Of a stretch of DNA of 64,000 nt, positions 32,592 to 42,936 are shown one piece after another. The stretch spans positions 1,600,001-1,664,000 of the forward strand of contig CBDBKE010000004.1 in the NCBI GenBank assembly GCA_965206645.1. The letters are read 5' to 3'. A program made the position numbers and the translations under genes. The notes beneath the pieces were generated by a model that made no database searches, was not told the DNA's origin, and saw only the letters and a program-made list of their open reading frames with translations. This DNA is from Terriglobia bacterium. Its GTDB lineage: Bacteria > Acidobacteriota > Terriglobia > JAJPHL01 > JAPKYU01. How positions within the stretch are numbered: the stretch's first letter is position 1; each line of letters begins with the position of its first letter.

Positions 32592-35072
32592 TCAGTTCAC
32601 CACCACGCTGGCCCGAGCGCCGCGGACCTGCCCAGTCTTCTGTCCCGGGTTGCGCGCTCCGGTCCGCAGCAGGTTCAACCTGGACTCGCCGGTGGTCTTG
32701 GCTTCAAAGGTGAGCGTGGCGACAATCCCAGTGCCGGAAACTCCTTGCATGCCCGGCTCCCGGGTCAGTGTGACCGTTGCCATGCCTGTTTTATGATCCA
32801 CTCGCTCGGCAACAGTGACTAACTGCCCCTCTGGCGCCAGGAAGTCTCCATGGCTCACGTCTACTAGTTTGAGCAATTTTGGATCGTAACGCAACCACAG
32901 AGGCAGCGAGGCGATGTTCTGCGCTTGCTCGATATGAACAGCCACGTCGAACCTGCTGCCCACGGCCTGGTTGTAAACTGCCTCGCCGAAGCGCAGGGCC
33001 GTTGTCGCGGAGGCTGCCAGAAAAGAGGGAGTTTCAACGACATCCGCACGGGGTGGCAGGGCAGGGGTAGTGGCGGAGCCGGGCTCAGAGTCGGGCGGGG
33101 GTTCGGCGGGCGACGGGTCGGGAGGGGTGGCCGGTGGAGATTCCGGTTTCTCTGAGCTCTGTTCTGGAGACGCTGGAGGAGCCGCCCCGTCAGGCGGCCC
33201 GCCAGGGAGAGGAGCCAGCGGCGGAGCTGGCGCGGCGCTGCTGCCGGGCGCCGCCGGCGCACGCTCGGTTGTTGCTGGGCGGGTCCGAATCCGGAAATTG
33301 CTGGATGTGCCCACGTCAATTCCCCGCAGGTTGGCGGCGGTCATCCGCGGCAGCCGCACGATGTGCGGGGTCATTACAATCAGCACCTCATTCTCGGATA
33401 CCTCCTTGCGGGTGGAAGAAAAGAAATGCTTCAGCACCGGGATCTTCGACAGGCCGGGGATCCCGGCCATCGAGGTGGTCTCCTGGGTCTCGAGGATGCC
33501 TCCCAGGATGTTCATTTCCCCTTCGCGCAGGCGGATCTCTTGTTCCACTCTCCGTTGCCCGATTATCGGCTGTTCCAGACCCCCCACATTCACCCGGGAA
33601 GTGACCGCGGAAATTTCTACCTTTACCTTCAGGGAAACGTCGCGGTTTCCGTGCACCTTGGGAGTGATGTCCAAATTGACTCCGACATCAATATATTGAA
33701 ATTGGGTGCTGACCAGAGGGCTGATCCCCGCGCCCGCTACACCGCCAATGCCCGAGAAACTGCCGGTGGCGATCGGAATGCGTTCACCGATGGCCAGTTT
33801 GGCGCTCTGGCCGTCGACGGCGCGCACCTGCGGATTTTGCAGCAGGCGGGCGCCCCCCTCGCTGAGCAGCAGGTTCAGGGCGGCGCCGGGTAGGACAATG
33901 CTCCAGTCGTTACTGCCAAGCTTTCCCAGACGGCTCAGGGGGATTACACCGGTACCGGAGCCTGGAGTAAAGGCGACCGGGATTTGCAGCCCAGGACTGC
34001 CGGGAAACAGCCCTATCTCGCGGGACCGGTCGCGGCGCATCTGCAACACCGCTACGTCAATCACCACCTCAGCCTTGGCTTTATCAATGTCGTTGACGAG
34101 CTTCTCAGCGATGGCCACCTTATCCGGCGTGTCGCGCACGATGATCGCATTCTGGGAATTCACCTGCTGGACGCGGTTGTTCTCCAGCAGATTGCGGATC
34201 GTCTGGGCCAGCTCGGTGATTTCCTGGGGTTGGATGAGGTTGGTAAGGTAGAACGTCTTGATCACCAGCGGCTCCTGCTCCCGACGTTTGGCCGCTGCGT
34301 AGACCAGGATGGTGTTTGAGGTGAGCGGCTTCCAGAGGTTCTTGGTGATCACTGCCAGGTGGTCCAACGCCTGCTCCAGCGTCACGCGGTTCAGCTCGAT
34401 GGAGATGCGGCGGCTCTGAAAGTCGGGCTCGAGCAGCACATTGATGCCGGCCAGCTTGCCAACGGTTTCAAACAAAACCTTACTTTCATTGGTGGCCTTC
34501 AGAGTGATGGGAGCGCGGGAAAGAGGGGCCAGCGTGACTGGGCCTTCGACTCGGTCCAACCGTTGCTGCAGTTCGGCTTCCGCCTGTTCGCGGGGTGTCA
34601 GAGGCTTGGCCGGAGGGGGCGGAGCGCCCTCCTGGGCCTCCAGCATAGATAGCGTGCGCCGGAGCTCCTGTTCGGCGATTGCACTGGAGGGATCGATGGC
34701 AAAGGCGCCCTCGAATTCCTTCAGCGCTTCCGCCAGCTTGCCGCTATCCCGCAGTTTGTGCCCGCGATCCACGTGGGTCATCGCGGCCAGGAAGCGCAGG
34801 CGGCGCGCAGCCAGCAGGTACTGCACCTGCTTAGGGTCCTCGCGCACGGCTCGCTCGTAGAGCACCAGCGCGGTATCGAAGTCGTTGCTTTGTTCTGCCT
34901 TGCGACCTTCCCGGAAGTACTTCTTGCCCTTGCCGGCCAGAGCTGGCTCGGCGCATAGAGTTAGCAGCAGGAGCAGGCATAGCAACCCTGCGCCAGCTCT
35001 AACACATTGATTCCCCATTGCTTGCAGCAAGCTACCAGCAGTCCACGCCTGCTCGCGCATGCGGGTGCGCAC
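32592..35072 (-). CDS. Secretin (T2SS GspD-like) with TPR-like N-terminus, Pro-rich linker and C-terminal cohesin-like domain
   Basis: LQNPQVRA, GERIPI, YIDVGVNLDITP, GIPGLSKIPVL; tail motif LRYDPKLL...SGTGIVATLTFEAK. Confidence 0.85.
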   Translation of the reverse strand: MRTRMREQAWTAGSLLQAMGNQCVRAGAGLLCLLLLLTLCAEPALAGKGKKYFREGRKAEQSNDFDTALVLYERAVREDPKQVQYLLAARRLRFLAAMTHVDRGHKLRDSGKLAEALKEFEGAFAIDPSSAIAEQELRRTLSMLEAQEGAPPPPAKPLTPREQAEAELQQRLDRVEGPVTLAPLSRAPITLKATNESKVLFETVGKLAGINVLLEPDFQSRRISIELNRVTLEQALDHLAVITKNLWKPLTSNTILVYAAAKRREQEPLVIKTFYLTNLIQPQEITELAQTIRNLLENNRVQQVNSQNAIIVRDTPDKVAIAEKLVNDIDKAKAEVVIDVAVLQMRRDRSREIGLFPGSPGLQIPVAFTPGSGTGVIPLSRLGKLGSNDWSIVLPGAALNLLLSEGGARLLQNPQVRAVDGQSAKLAIGERIPIATGSFSGIGGVAGAGISPLVSTQFQYIDVGVNLDITPKVHGNRDVSLKVKVEISAVTSRVNVGGLEQPIIGQRRVEQEIRLREGEMNILGGILETQETTSMAGIPGLSKIPVLKHFFSSTRKEVSENEVLIVMTPHIVRLPRMTAANLRGIDVGTSSNFRIRTRPATTERAPAAPGSSAAPAPPLAPLPGGPPDGAAPPASPEQSSEKPESPPATPPDPSPAEPPPDSEPGSATTPALPPRADVVETPSFLAASATTALRFGEAVYNQAVGSRFDVAVHIEQAQNIASLPLWLRYDPKLLKLVDVSHGDFLAPEGQLVTVAERVDHKTGMATVTLTREPGMQGVSGTGIVATLTFEAKTTGESRLNLLRTGARNPGQKTGQVRGARASVVVN

Positions 35073-35152
35073 CTCCCCTCAGTTGTGTTACCATCGCTTA
35101 GTTTGACGGTGGAACTGCCCGAAGCGTTGGGGGTGAAACCGCCGAGTTCTTC

Positions 35153-35617
35153 ATGCCCGAGCAGAAAGACGAGAAGGTCCTCACTTTTAATCGTCAGGCT
35201 TCTCACAACTACCAGTTGCTGGAGCGGTTTGAGGCAGGTGTCGCGCTGACGGGCACAGAGGTCAAATCGGCTCGGGACGGCCGGGTGAATCTTCGCGACA
35301 GCTACGCCACGCTGAAGGAGGGCGAGGTCTGGTTGCTTAACTGCCACATCAACCCCTATTCCCACGGCGGCTTCTCGAACCATGATCCAACTCGTTCCCG
35401 TAAGCTGTTGCTGCATAAAGAGGAAATCCGTCGTTTGATTGGCAAGGTGCGCCAGCGCGGCTTGACGATGGTGCCCACGCGCATGTACCTGAAGAGAGGC
35501 CGCATCAAGGTGGAGCTGGCGCTAGCCAAGGGCAAGCACAGCTACGACAAGCGCGAAGCCGAGCGCCGCCGCCAGGCCGAAAAGGAGGCCCGCCAAGCTA
35601 TGAGCCTCCGAAGATGA
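35153..35617 (+). CDS. smpB: SsrA-binding protein
   Basis: EAGVALTGTEVKS, NHDPTRSRKLLLH, GKHSYDKR. Confidence 0.97.
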   Translation: MPEQKDEKVLTFNRQASHNYQLLERFEAGVALTGTEVKSARDGRVNLRDSYATLKEGEVWLLNCHINPYSHGGFSNHDPTRSRKLLLHKEEIRRLIGKVRQRGLTMVPTRMYLKRGRIKVELALAKGKHSYDKREAERRRQAEKEARQAMSLRR

Positions 35618-35641
35618 AACAATTGCCAAGTAGCGCCGCCT

Positions 35642-37147
35642 ATGCATATCCAACTCAGCTTTGATACTCCCGAAGGTCTGGAAACCGACGCCCTGGTCGT
35701 AGTGGTGTTCGAAAAGGGGAATCCGTATGCGCCGCGCCTGGAAAGTTCGGTGCCGCTGCGCAAGTTAGTTCAAGAAATGATAGACGCACAGGAAGTGGCC
35801 GGGCAGCCCTATGAGATGGCCCTGATCCATCGACCAGAAGGACTGAAAGCTCGCCGCCTGCTTCTGTTGGGCGCCGGGAAGCGCGAGCGTTTCGGCGTCT
35901 TCGAATTGCGCCGCGCTGCCGGGGCGGCCGCGCGCTTTTTGAAGCCGAAATCCATTTCCGAATTCGCCTTTTTCCTAGACGGCAGTCTGAGTGAAGTGGA
36001 AAGCGCCGCGGCAGTGGTGGAAGGTGCTGTCGTGGCCGACCTTGATCCGGATCTGTACAAGACCGACAAGAAAGAGAAGAAACGGATTGCACGGCTCACT
36101 CTAGTTGGTTCGGACCGTGCCCGCGAGCGCGAACTGGCGGAAGTCGCGCGGCGCTCCCACATTCTCGCTGAAGCGCAAAACTTTGCCCGGGAACTGGTCA
36201 ATGAGCCCAGCAACCGCATGACGCCTTCTCAGCTTGCCGAGCGCGCCCGCACCATGGCCACCGAGGTGGGGCTCGAGTGGGAGGTCCTGGATCGCGCGGC
36301 CCTCGAGCAGTTGAAGATGGGCGCGTTCCTCAGCGTGGCCCAGGGCAGCGCCGAGCCGCCGGTGCTCATCGTGCTGAAATACCGCCCGGAAGGGGCTGCT
36401 GCCGCGCCCCAGTTAGGCCTGATCGGTAAGGGCATCACCTTCGATACCGGCGGAATTTCCATCAAGCCGTCCGAGGGCATGGAGAAGATGAAATCCGATA
36501 TGGCGGGCGGGGCCACCATGATTGCAGTGATGCGCGCCATCGCCCAGCTCCGCCCCACGGTAAGGGTGGTGGGCCTGATTCCCGCTACTGAAAACATGCC
36601 AGGGGGCCGCGCCCAAAAGCCGGGCGACATCCAGGTGGCCATGTCGGGGAAGACCATCGAGGTTATCAATACCGACGCCGAAGGACGATTGGTGCTGGCT
36701 GACGCCCTGCATTACGCCAAAACGCTGGGATGCACGCACCTGGTGGATGCGGCTACGCTCACGGGCGCTGTTGCGGTGGCGCTGGGAAATGTCAACACAG
36801 GCGTGTTTGCCAATGACGAGAAGTTTCTGGAATTGCTGCTGGCTAGCGCTCGCAGCTGTGGGGAGAAGCTGTGGCCGCTCCCTCTAGACGAGGATTACGG
36901 CGAGCAGATCCGCAGTTACATCGCCGACCTGAAGAATACGGGCGGGCGGTACGGCGGCGCTATTACCGCCGCTATGTTCTTGAAGGAGTTTTGCGCCGAC
37001 ACGCCCTGGCTCCACCTGGACATCGCGGGCACTGCCTGGATGGACGAGGCCAACCCGTACATGGCCAGAGGGGCGTCCGGGGTGGCGGTGCGAACGCTGG
37101 CAACCCTGGCGTTGCGATTGGGGGAAAGCGTTGCGGCGGGTCCATAA
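35642..37147 (+). CDS. pepA: Leucyl aminopeptidase (M17)
   Basis: GKGITFDTGG, MKSDMAG, NTDAEGRLVL, HLDIAG. Confidence 0.95.
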   Translation: MHIQLSFDTPEGLETDALVVVVFEKGNPYAPRLESSVPLRKLVQEMIDAQEVAGQPYEMALIHRPEGLKARRLLLLGAGKRERFGVFELRRAAGAAARFLKPKSISEFAFFLDGSLSEVESAAAVVEGAVVADLDPDLYKTDKKEKKRIARLTLVGSDRARERELAEVARRSHILAEAQNFARELVNEPSNRMTPSQLAERARTMATEVGLEWEVLDRAALEQLKMGAFLSVAQGSAEPPVLIVLKYRPEGAAAAPQLGLIGKGITFDTGGISIKPSEGMEKMKSDMAGGATMIAVMRAIAQLRPTVRVVGLIPATENMPGGRAQKPGDIQVAMSGKTIEVINTDAEGRLVLADALHYAKTLGCTHLVDAATLTGAVAVALGNVNTGVFANDEKFLELLLASARSCGEKLWPLPLDEDYGEQIRSYIADLKNTGGRYGGAITAAMFLKEFCADTPWLHLDIAGTAWMDEANPYMARGASGVAVRTLATLALRLGESVAAGP

Positions 37148-37707
37148 TGGCGGAGCATCCTTACGTGGTTGTCGTCACCCTGGTGGCCCTGTCGCTGCTG
37201 GTCGTGTTGGTCTGGGCGTTGCGTCGGCCGCCCAAGTTGCCGGCCGATGTGGCCCGGGCGCGCGCCAGCGTCAGCGCCATGCGGCGCATCCTGGTTCCGA
37301 TCCGCGGCTTCCCGCATGAGGAGCGCGCGGTGGAATTGGCCTGCCGTCTGGGACAGGAGCAAAAGGGGCAGATCTTGTTGGTCTCGGTCATTGAGGTGCC
37401 GCTGACCCTCAGCCTGGGCACCGCATTGCCGGAGCAGGAAGAGCGGTCTGAGGCAGCCCTGCGCCGCAGCGTGGAACTGGTGAAAACGCATGGGTTGGAG
37501 CCGGTCTCGCGCCTGGAACGGGACCGCGAAGCGGGCAAGGGAATCTTGCGAGTGGCCAAGGAAATGAACGTGGACGTGGTGGTGATCGGTCTGGATCCAG
37601 GTCGCAGTATCGACGGGGATCCGGTCGGCCCGACGACGGAGACCTTACTCCGCCGCGCCAGTTTTGAAGTCATCGTGGACCGCCCGTCCCCTGCGCCGGT
37701 CGAATGA
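37147..37707 (+). CDS. Universal stress protein domain protein with an N-terminal membrane anchor
   Basis: N-terminal TM segment, RRILVPIRG, DVVVIG, GPTTETLLRRA; ATG overlaps the pepA stop. Confidence 0.8.
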   Translation: MAEHPYVVVVTLVALSLLVVLVWALRRPPKLPADVARARASVSAMRRILVPIRGFPHEERAVELACRLGQEQKGQILLVSVIEVPLTLSLGTALPEQEERSEAALRRSVELVKTHGLEPVSRLERDREAGKGILRVAKEMNVDVVVIGLDPGRSIDGDPVGPTTETLLRRASFEVIVDRPSPAPVE

Positions 37708-37766
37708 GCAGCGCCATTGGCGAGACACCGTGCTCTGCAAGTTTGTGGTACGCTCAATTTCAGAGT

Positions 37767-37843
<77 letters not shown>

Positions 37844-37898
37844 CTGAACTTCTCTGTTTTCAGCACCCATCTGCCTTCCCTCTCATTGCCAAAGACGG

Positions 37899-37951
37899 AA
37901 CTGTAAAGAAACTGTCAAAAAACTGGCTCTAGACGGCCAGCACTGTAAAGG
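37899..37951. promoter_or_regulatory. Candidate integrase arm-type binding sites
   Basis: AACTGTAAAGA / AACTGTCAAAA / AACTGG at an 11-bp period, plus CACTGTAAAGG at 37941. Confidence 0.5.
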
Positions 37952-39089
37952 AAGTCGCGCCGTGCTCGTTCGCCTGCCGGTCAAGCTTGGACAGCGCTTC
38001 CCGCATCATGTTGAGCTTCGCCTGGCTGTAACGCTTGAACACCTGCGAATCGCCTTGCCGCAGCATCTGCGTCACGAAATGATCCGCCACGCCCCCGGCG
38101 CTGAGCCGGGTCGCAAACGTGTGGCGCAACTCGTATAGCGAAAAATGCGGCAGCCCGGCGCGTTTGAGCGTCCGGTCCCACAGCTTGCGCACCGTCGTGA
38201 TGTGCGGCTTGCTGGACCCCATCCGCGGGCTCGGGAACAGGTAGTCGGAATCGCCGCTCTGCTTCATCTGCGAGGCGAACGCTTCGCGGGCTCTGTCGGT
38301 CATCGGCATGTCCGCGATACCGTTCACCGTCTTGGAATCCGGCAGATGCACGATCCCGTTCTCCAGATCGACCTGTTCCTTTCGCATCGGGATCAACTCG
38401 CGATAGGGCCGCAGCCCCATCTCCACCATGATCGCAATGATGTTACGCAAGTGCAGGGACGCGCAGGCTTCCAGCCAGGCCTGCTTCGAGGCGGTCAGAT
38501 AGTACGGCTTGCGCGTCGTACCAGCCAAGGGGACCGGAAACTCCACCCCATTACACGGATTGACCGCCAGCCGCCGCTTCTTCACCGCCACGTTCAGGAT
38601 GCGATGCAAGATGCGAAACTCCTGATGCACGGTGGCAGGTTTGAGCCTGCCGCGAAGTTGCAGCCCCAACTTGGTGTACACCCGCTTGCCTGTGTTCAAT
38701 CTGGTCATCAGATACGCTTCGATATCCTCCACTGTGATGTCCGATAGTCTGTTCTCGCCGAACCGGGGCCTGAGGAACTTCAGCGCGCCGAGGTTTTGCA
38801 GATGGGTCTGCTCGCTCCGGAAGGGTGGTTGGGAACGGTTCTCCAGGAACCAGTCCGCCCACTCGTTGAAGGTGATCCCAGCGCCCGGCGCGGCGCTCGG
38901 CAGCAGCCCCTCATCGCGAGCCACCAACCGTTTGCGCATCACCTTCTCGGCTTCGCCTTTTTCCCTCTGCCCTGTCGAGGTCTGTCTCCACCTCCCGTTC
39001 TGCTCCCGGTAGCTCATCCACCAGACGCGTGAATTGCGCCGGAGGTAGAGGCTACCAGCGGTATTTCTCGGTCTACCTGTCTTGTTCAT
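37929..39089 (-). CDS. Tyrosine recombinase (ICE integrase)
   Basis: N-terminal arm-binding-like segment, GLRP, SKT, YELRHTFATRL, KRYS; converges on the tRNA. Confidence 0.9.
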   Translation of the reverse strand: MNKTGRPRNTAGSLYLRRNSRVWWMSYREQNGRWRQTSTGQREKGEAEKVMRKRLVARDEGLLPSAAPGAGITFNEWADWFLENRSQPPFRSEQTHLQNLGALKFLRPRFGENRLSDITVEDIEAYLMTRLNTGKRVYTKLGLQLRGRLKPATVHQEFRILHRILNVAVKKRRLAVNPCNGVEFPVPLAGTTRKPYYLTASKQAWLEACASLHLRNIIAIMVEMGLRPYRELIPMRKEQVDLENGIVHLPDSKTVNGIADMPMTDRAREAFASQMKQSGDSDYLFPSPRMGSSKPHITTVRKLWDRTLKRAGLPHFSLYELRHTFATRLSAGGVADHFVTQMLRQGDSQVFKRYSQAKLNMMREALSKLDRQANEHGATSFTVLAV

Positions 39090-39291
39090 CGATTCCTCCA
39101 TTCACATGAAATTGCTGACGCCACTCGGCCAGCTCCGACCGTCGGAAGCGGATCGAGCGGCCCATCATGCGGTAATGGGGAATCTGCTTTCGCTCGACGT
39201 AAGCATACACCAGCGAGGGGCTGACACCCAGGAAGTGGGCGGCGGCCTTCACCGTGATCGGGGCATCTGTCGCTTCTCCGTTAAGGCTCAT
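39073..39291 (-). CDS. Excisionase-like HTH_17 protein
   Basis: ITVKAAAHFLGVSPSLVY...IPHYR...IRFRRSELAEW. Confidence 0.85.
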   Translation of the reverse strand: MSLNGEATDAPITVKAAAHFLGVSPSLVYAYVERKQIPHYRMMGRSIRFRRSELAEWRQQFHVNGGIDEQDR

Positions 39292-39463
39292 CTTTCCCTC
39301 CCTACTCTCCATACGAAACTACAAGGGGGAACTCCGCGCGGAGAGTCCGTTGCGATTCCTCGGAGAAGACGCCGTATCGCTCGGCGATCCACGCCGGGAC
39401 TTCCAGCGTCTCGTCACCGTCCCGGTCGAAGTTCTTGAGGGTATTCACCCGTATGATTTTTCT

Positions 39464-40429
39464 TCATCCGTCATCGTGTTCCCTCCAGATCGGCTCGATA
39501 AGCCAGCGGTTTTGCGGCGCGTCGTAACCCTGGACGCGCAGCGCTTCCTCCACGAACCGCTTCCCCTCGCGGCGCGTCATGTGAATCACCATCGCAATGC
39601 CGTCCACCACGCCTCGGCATGTGACCTCCCAGGGAAGCTCACCGCCGCCCTGCATGGCGCAACTGGCGATGCGCGACAAGGCCGACTCGGCGTTGTTGGC
39701 GTGTACGGTGGTGAGCGAGCCGCCGTGTCCGGTGTTGAGGGCTTGTAGCAGGTCCGCCGCCTCCCCGCCGCGCACCTCGCCGACTACGATGTGATCCGGG
39801 CGGTGACGGAGCGCGTGGCGGACGAGATCACGGATCGTCACCGCTCCTTCCTGTAATCCGCGAGCCTCGAAGCGGACGCAATTCGAGCGCTCAATGCGAA
39901 GCTCCAGGGTGTCCTCGATGGCGACGATGCGCTCGTCGTCGGGAAGCAATTCAATAAGTGCGTTAAGCAGGGTGGTCTTGCCCGATCCGGTGCCGCCTGA
40001 AACCAGGATGTTGCGGCGCGAGCGCAACACCCGCTCCGCTTCCGCTCGCACCTCTTCTAGGAGTGCGCCTTGCTTCACGAGATCATCCGCCGAGAACGCC
40101 CGCTTGCCAAAGCGCCGCATGGTGATCGCCACCGTGGGGCTCGCGGGCGGAACACAGATCGCCACCCGCGAGCCGTCGTCCAGGCGCGCATCGACAATCG
40201 GCGAGCTCGCCGGATCCAAGCCCAAAGGCCGGGCGATGTGGATGGCCGCCCGCAACAGGGCCGATTCGTCCAGGTCCGGCGCGTCATGTGCCGTCAACCG
40301 CCCGGCCCGCTCGACCCAGACATTGCCGGGGCCGTTAATCATGATCTCGCTGACTTCGGAATCTTCCAGGGCGCTTTCCAATCCCGGTAGAAATGGTTTC
40401 AGGTGTTCCAGTCCACTCGCGGCGCTCAT
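39464..40429 (-). CDS. VirB11/TrbB/CpaF-family ATPase
   Basis: VSEIMINGP, GGTGSGKTT, IEDTLEL, PDHIVVGEVRG, LNTGH. Confidence 0.92.
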   Translation of the reverse strand: MSAASGLEHLKPFLPGLESALEDSEVSEIMINGPGNVWVERAGRLTAHDAPDLDESALLRAAIHIARPLGLDPASSPIVDARLDDGSRVAICVPPASPTVAITMRRFGKRAFSADDLVKQGALLEEVRAEAERVLRSRRNILVSGGTGSGKTTLLNALIELLPDDERIVAIEDTLELRIERSNCVRFEARGLQEGAVTIRDLVRHALRHRPDHIVVGEVRGGEAADLLQALNTGHGGSLTTVHANNAESALSRIASCAMQGGGELPWEVTCRGVVDGIAMVIHMTRREGKRFVEEALRVQGYDAPQNRWLIEPIWREHDDG

Positions 40430-42555
40430 AATTGACCCGCCGCTTTCGCTCTCCAATAGGAGTGTTCTAGGGGCAGATAATGAGGTTTGAGATAGACCCG
40501 TCGCGGCTCAAGCGACTGCGACCCGTCATAGGGCAGACAGATCGCTTGACAGTTTCCCAGCAAGGTGAAGTCTCGCGGGTGAAACACGGCCTCCCGGCGC
40601 TCCTGGAATGACTTGGTAGCGCCGATGCTTCCGCCTCCTCCCCCGGCGCGGCCTGACAGCGGGGAGACTTCCGCCCTCTTGGAGGTCTCGCTGATCGTGT
40701 AAGAACCTTTGATCTTCGCCACCTGCCCGCACATTTCGCTTGCAATCTTGGCGCTGGCGTCGTCGCTGAGAGACAGGAAAATCCGGGTGCGGAGCGTCTG
40801 CAACAGCGAGCGCCATGCTTCCGAGCTTCCCAACACAGAGCGTAGCGAGGAAATGGATTGAGTGGCGACAATCGGGATGCAGCGGCATTGCCGGGTCAGC
40901 GCAAAGGATTTTTCATCGCCCGATGGATCGTCCTCGCCCACCGAAGCGAAGGCTTGATATTCGTCACAGATAAAGACGGCAGGCCGGAAATAGACCCCCG
41001 GCGACTCCTTCATCTTGGTCGGACGCATGAGAAGCGCCTGTAGCCAGGCGTTCTTGAGCATCACGCCCACGGCGCGGGCCAGCGCCGGGTTCGATCCGGC
41101 GGGCATGTTCAAGGCCAGCACCTTGCCCCTTTCGATCAATTCATAGAGCGGGGACAGGTGTCGCGGCCCGGCGATTCGTTCCTCTTCAACGGAAGGAATC
41201 GACTTGGGCGCGGGTTTGTCTCCTTCCCCGCCGTCCGGCTTCTTGTTCAGCTCCTGGGCTCCCCGCGCCGCCCGCATAGCTACCCTGGCTTGAACTGCAA
41301 TGGCTTGCGGATCGTCGGGGACTTCCGGCGGACCCGGGCAAAACACCTTCGCCACATCCGGCATGTCGAACATGGCAAGGAATACCGAAACCCCCTCCAC
41401 AATCGAGGACTTGATTTTGTTATCCAGCGTTTGCCAGTCGTTGACAAACCAGCGCTTCACCGCCTCAACTCGTTCTCTCACTTCGTCTCCGGGTCCGGGG
41501 TCCCAAACCACCCGGTAGGTCAGCTTGAGCTCGTCCAGTTTTTTGAGCATAGGGCGGGAGTAGGCGGCCCGCACTTCTTCCGTTCCCGGTATGTCTTTCC
41601 ATAGCCATTCAGCCAAGGTCATGATGTGGGCTTGGTATACGACCTCCGGAATGAAAACCGTGCCTCTGTTCAACTCGTCGCTCCACGCTTCGGCTTGCTC
41701 GATCTTGGCTGCGAAAAGGTCCGGGTCGATGGCGCAGCGGTAGACCTGCTGCAACGTCACCCACCGTTCCGGGAATATCCGGTGAAGCTCGATGATCCAG
41801 CGGACCAGATTGGTATAGGCTTGCTGCCAGAAGGGTTCCTTGCCCTTGCCGAATAGCTGGTTGAGAAGGCTGGAAACGGTGTAGGCCAGCGAGTAGGAAT
41901 CGAGCCACCAGGCCGAGAGCGGGTTCCATTGCCAGCGCCCATTCATGCCCAGCTCGATGTAGTCTTTTCCCCGGCCCGCCTCGATCAGGATTCGCCGGAT
42001 ATCGTGACAGAAATCTCCCTTGACTTCGAGCATGAGCGCTGCCGCCCGCTTCTGTGGATTCTCGGCTTGCCAGCCGAGAAGCTGCTTGGCGAAAGGGTGC
42101 ATGCAAGCCGAGGTCTTCCCGGACCCGACGGCTCCAAAAATCGCCACGCCGGTATACAGCCCCCGCTCCGGGATGGTGAGCCAGGAAGGATTGAAAATCT
42201 CCCGCGCTTCGACCGGGTGATGTACCTCCCCGATCACGATGGCCGGGGCCGTTTGCCGGGTTGAAAGCGGCCAGGTCGGGAGCGCCCCAAAGGGCGCAAA
42301 ATCCCGCCGCCGCGATTCCAGCCAGACCTTCCAGACGGACATGAGAATGAGGCCCGCGAGCATGACGGCGACGAAAGGCGAAGCGTAGTACCAGAGCATC
42401 ACCCAGCCGTAGAAGTTCGGGGTGTGGTAGTCCATGAGATCGAGCAAGGGACTGTCCCCTAGCATGGGGAAGGGACGGCGGACAAAGCTCCACAGGGCGT
42501 ACCCCAGACCGCCGAAAAACAGAAGGATGTGAGGAATGAAGCGCCGCCATTTCAT
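40426..42555 (-). CDS. Type IV coupling protein (VirD4/TraD-like)
   Basis: Two N-terminal TM segments, GAVGSGKT Walker A, FICDEYQ Walker B, VATQSISSL; start placed at MKWRR after a purine-rich RBS. Confidence 0.85.
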   Translation of the reverse strand: MKWRRFIPHILLFFGGLGYALWSFVRRPFPMLGDSPLLDLMDYHTPNFYGWVMLWYYASPFVAVMLAGLILMSVWKVWLESRRRDFAPFGALPTWPLSTRQTAPAIVIGEVHHPVEAREIFNPSWLTIPERGLYTGVAIFGAVGSGKTSACMHPFAKQLLGWQAENPQKRAAALMLEVKGDFCHDIRRILIEAGRGKDYIELGMNGRWQWNPLSAWWLDSYSLAYTVSSLLNQLFGKGKEPFWQQAYTNLVRWIIELHRIFPERWVTLQQVYRCAIDPDLFAAKIEQAEAWSDELNRGTVFIPEVVYQAHIMTLAEWLWKDIPGTEEVRAAYSRPMLKKLDELKLTYRVVWDPGPGDEVRERVEAVKRWFVNDWQTLDNKIKSSIVEGVSVFLAMFDMPDVAKVFCPGPPEVPDDPQAIAVQARVAMRAARGAQELNKKPDGGEGDKPAPKSIPSVEEERIAGPRHLSPLYELIERGKVLALNMPAGSNPALARAVGVMLKNAWLQALLMRPTKMKESPGVYFRPAVFICDEYQAFASVGEDDPSGDEKSFALTRQCRCIPIVATQSISSLRSVLGSSEAWRSLLQTLRTRIFLSLSDDASAKIASEMCGQVAKIKGSYTISETSKRAEVSPLSGRAGGGGGSIGATKSFQERREAVFHPRDFTLLGNCQAICLPYDGSQSLEPRRVYLKPHYLPLEHSYWRAKAAGQL

Positions 42556-42936
42556 AGAGTCCGTTTCCCTTCTTTCATCGCCCCGGCTGGGGGCGCTCTT
42601 CCGAGCCTTCCCGCAGGGATAAATGAGGACGATAGCGACCCTCATGGGGGGGCAGGAACGGTGTGCCGCAACGCACCGCTGCTGGGGCCACATGACCCCC
42701 CACTTTTCGGGGGGGTCGCTATCGTCCTCCCCGATTTTGCTGCATCGGCGCGGGTGAGTCCGATGTGTAAGGGATAACCGCAACGGAATGAGAGAGATGA
42801 GAGAATGTGGTTTTGCCGCATCTCTTGGCTGAATCTTGCCGTACCCTCCCTCTGTGACTGCGGCATCCTGGATCGGGCGTTGCGGCATGAAAAAACCCTT
42901 CAATTTCCTCTCTCCGTTCCGGCCTTCGGGCTGCTT

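Noticed and set aside
42556-42903. N-terminal extension of the coupling protein in the ORF track (also extended starts for VirB8, VirB2, ArdC and USP)
   Set aside because: Downstream starts have an RBS or stop/start overlaps, and the extensions overlap other genes or structured DNA
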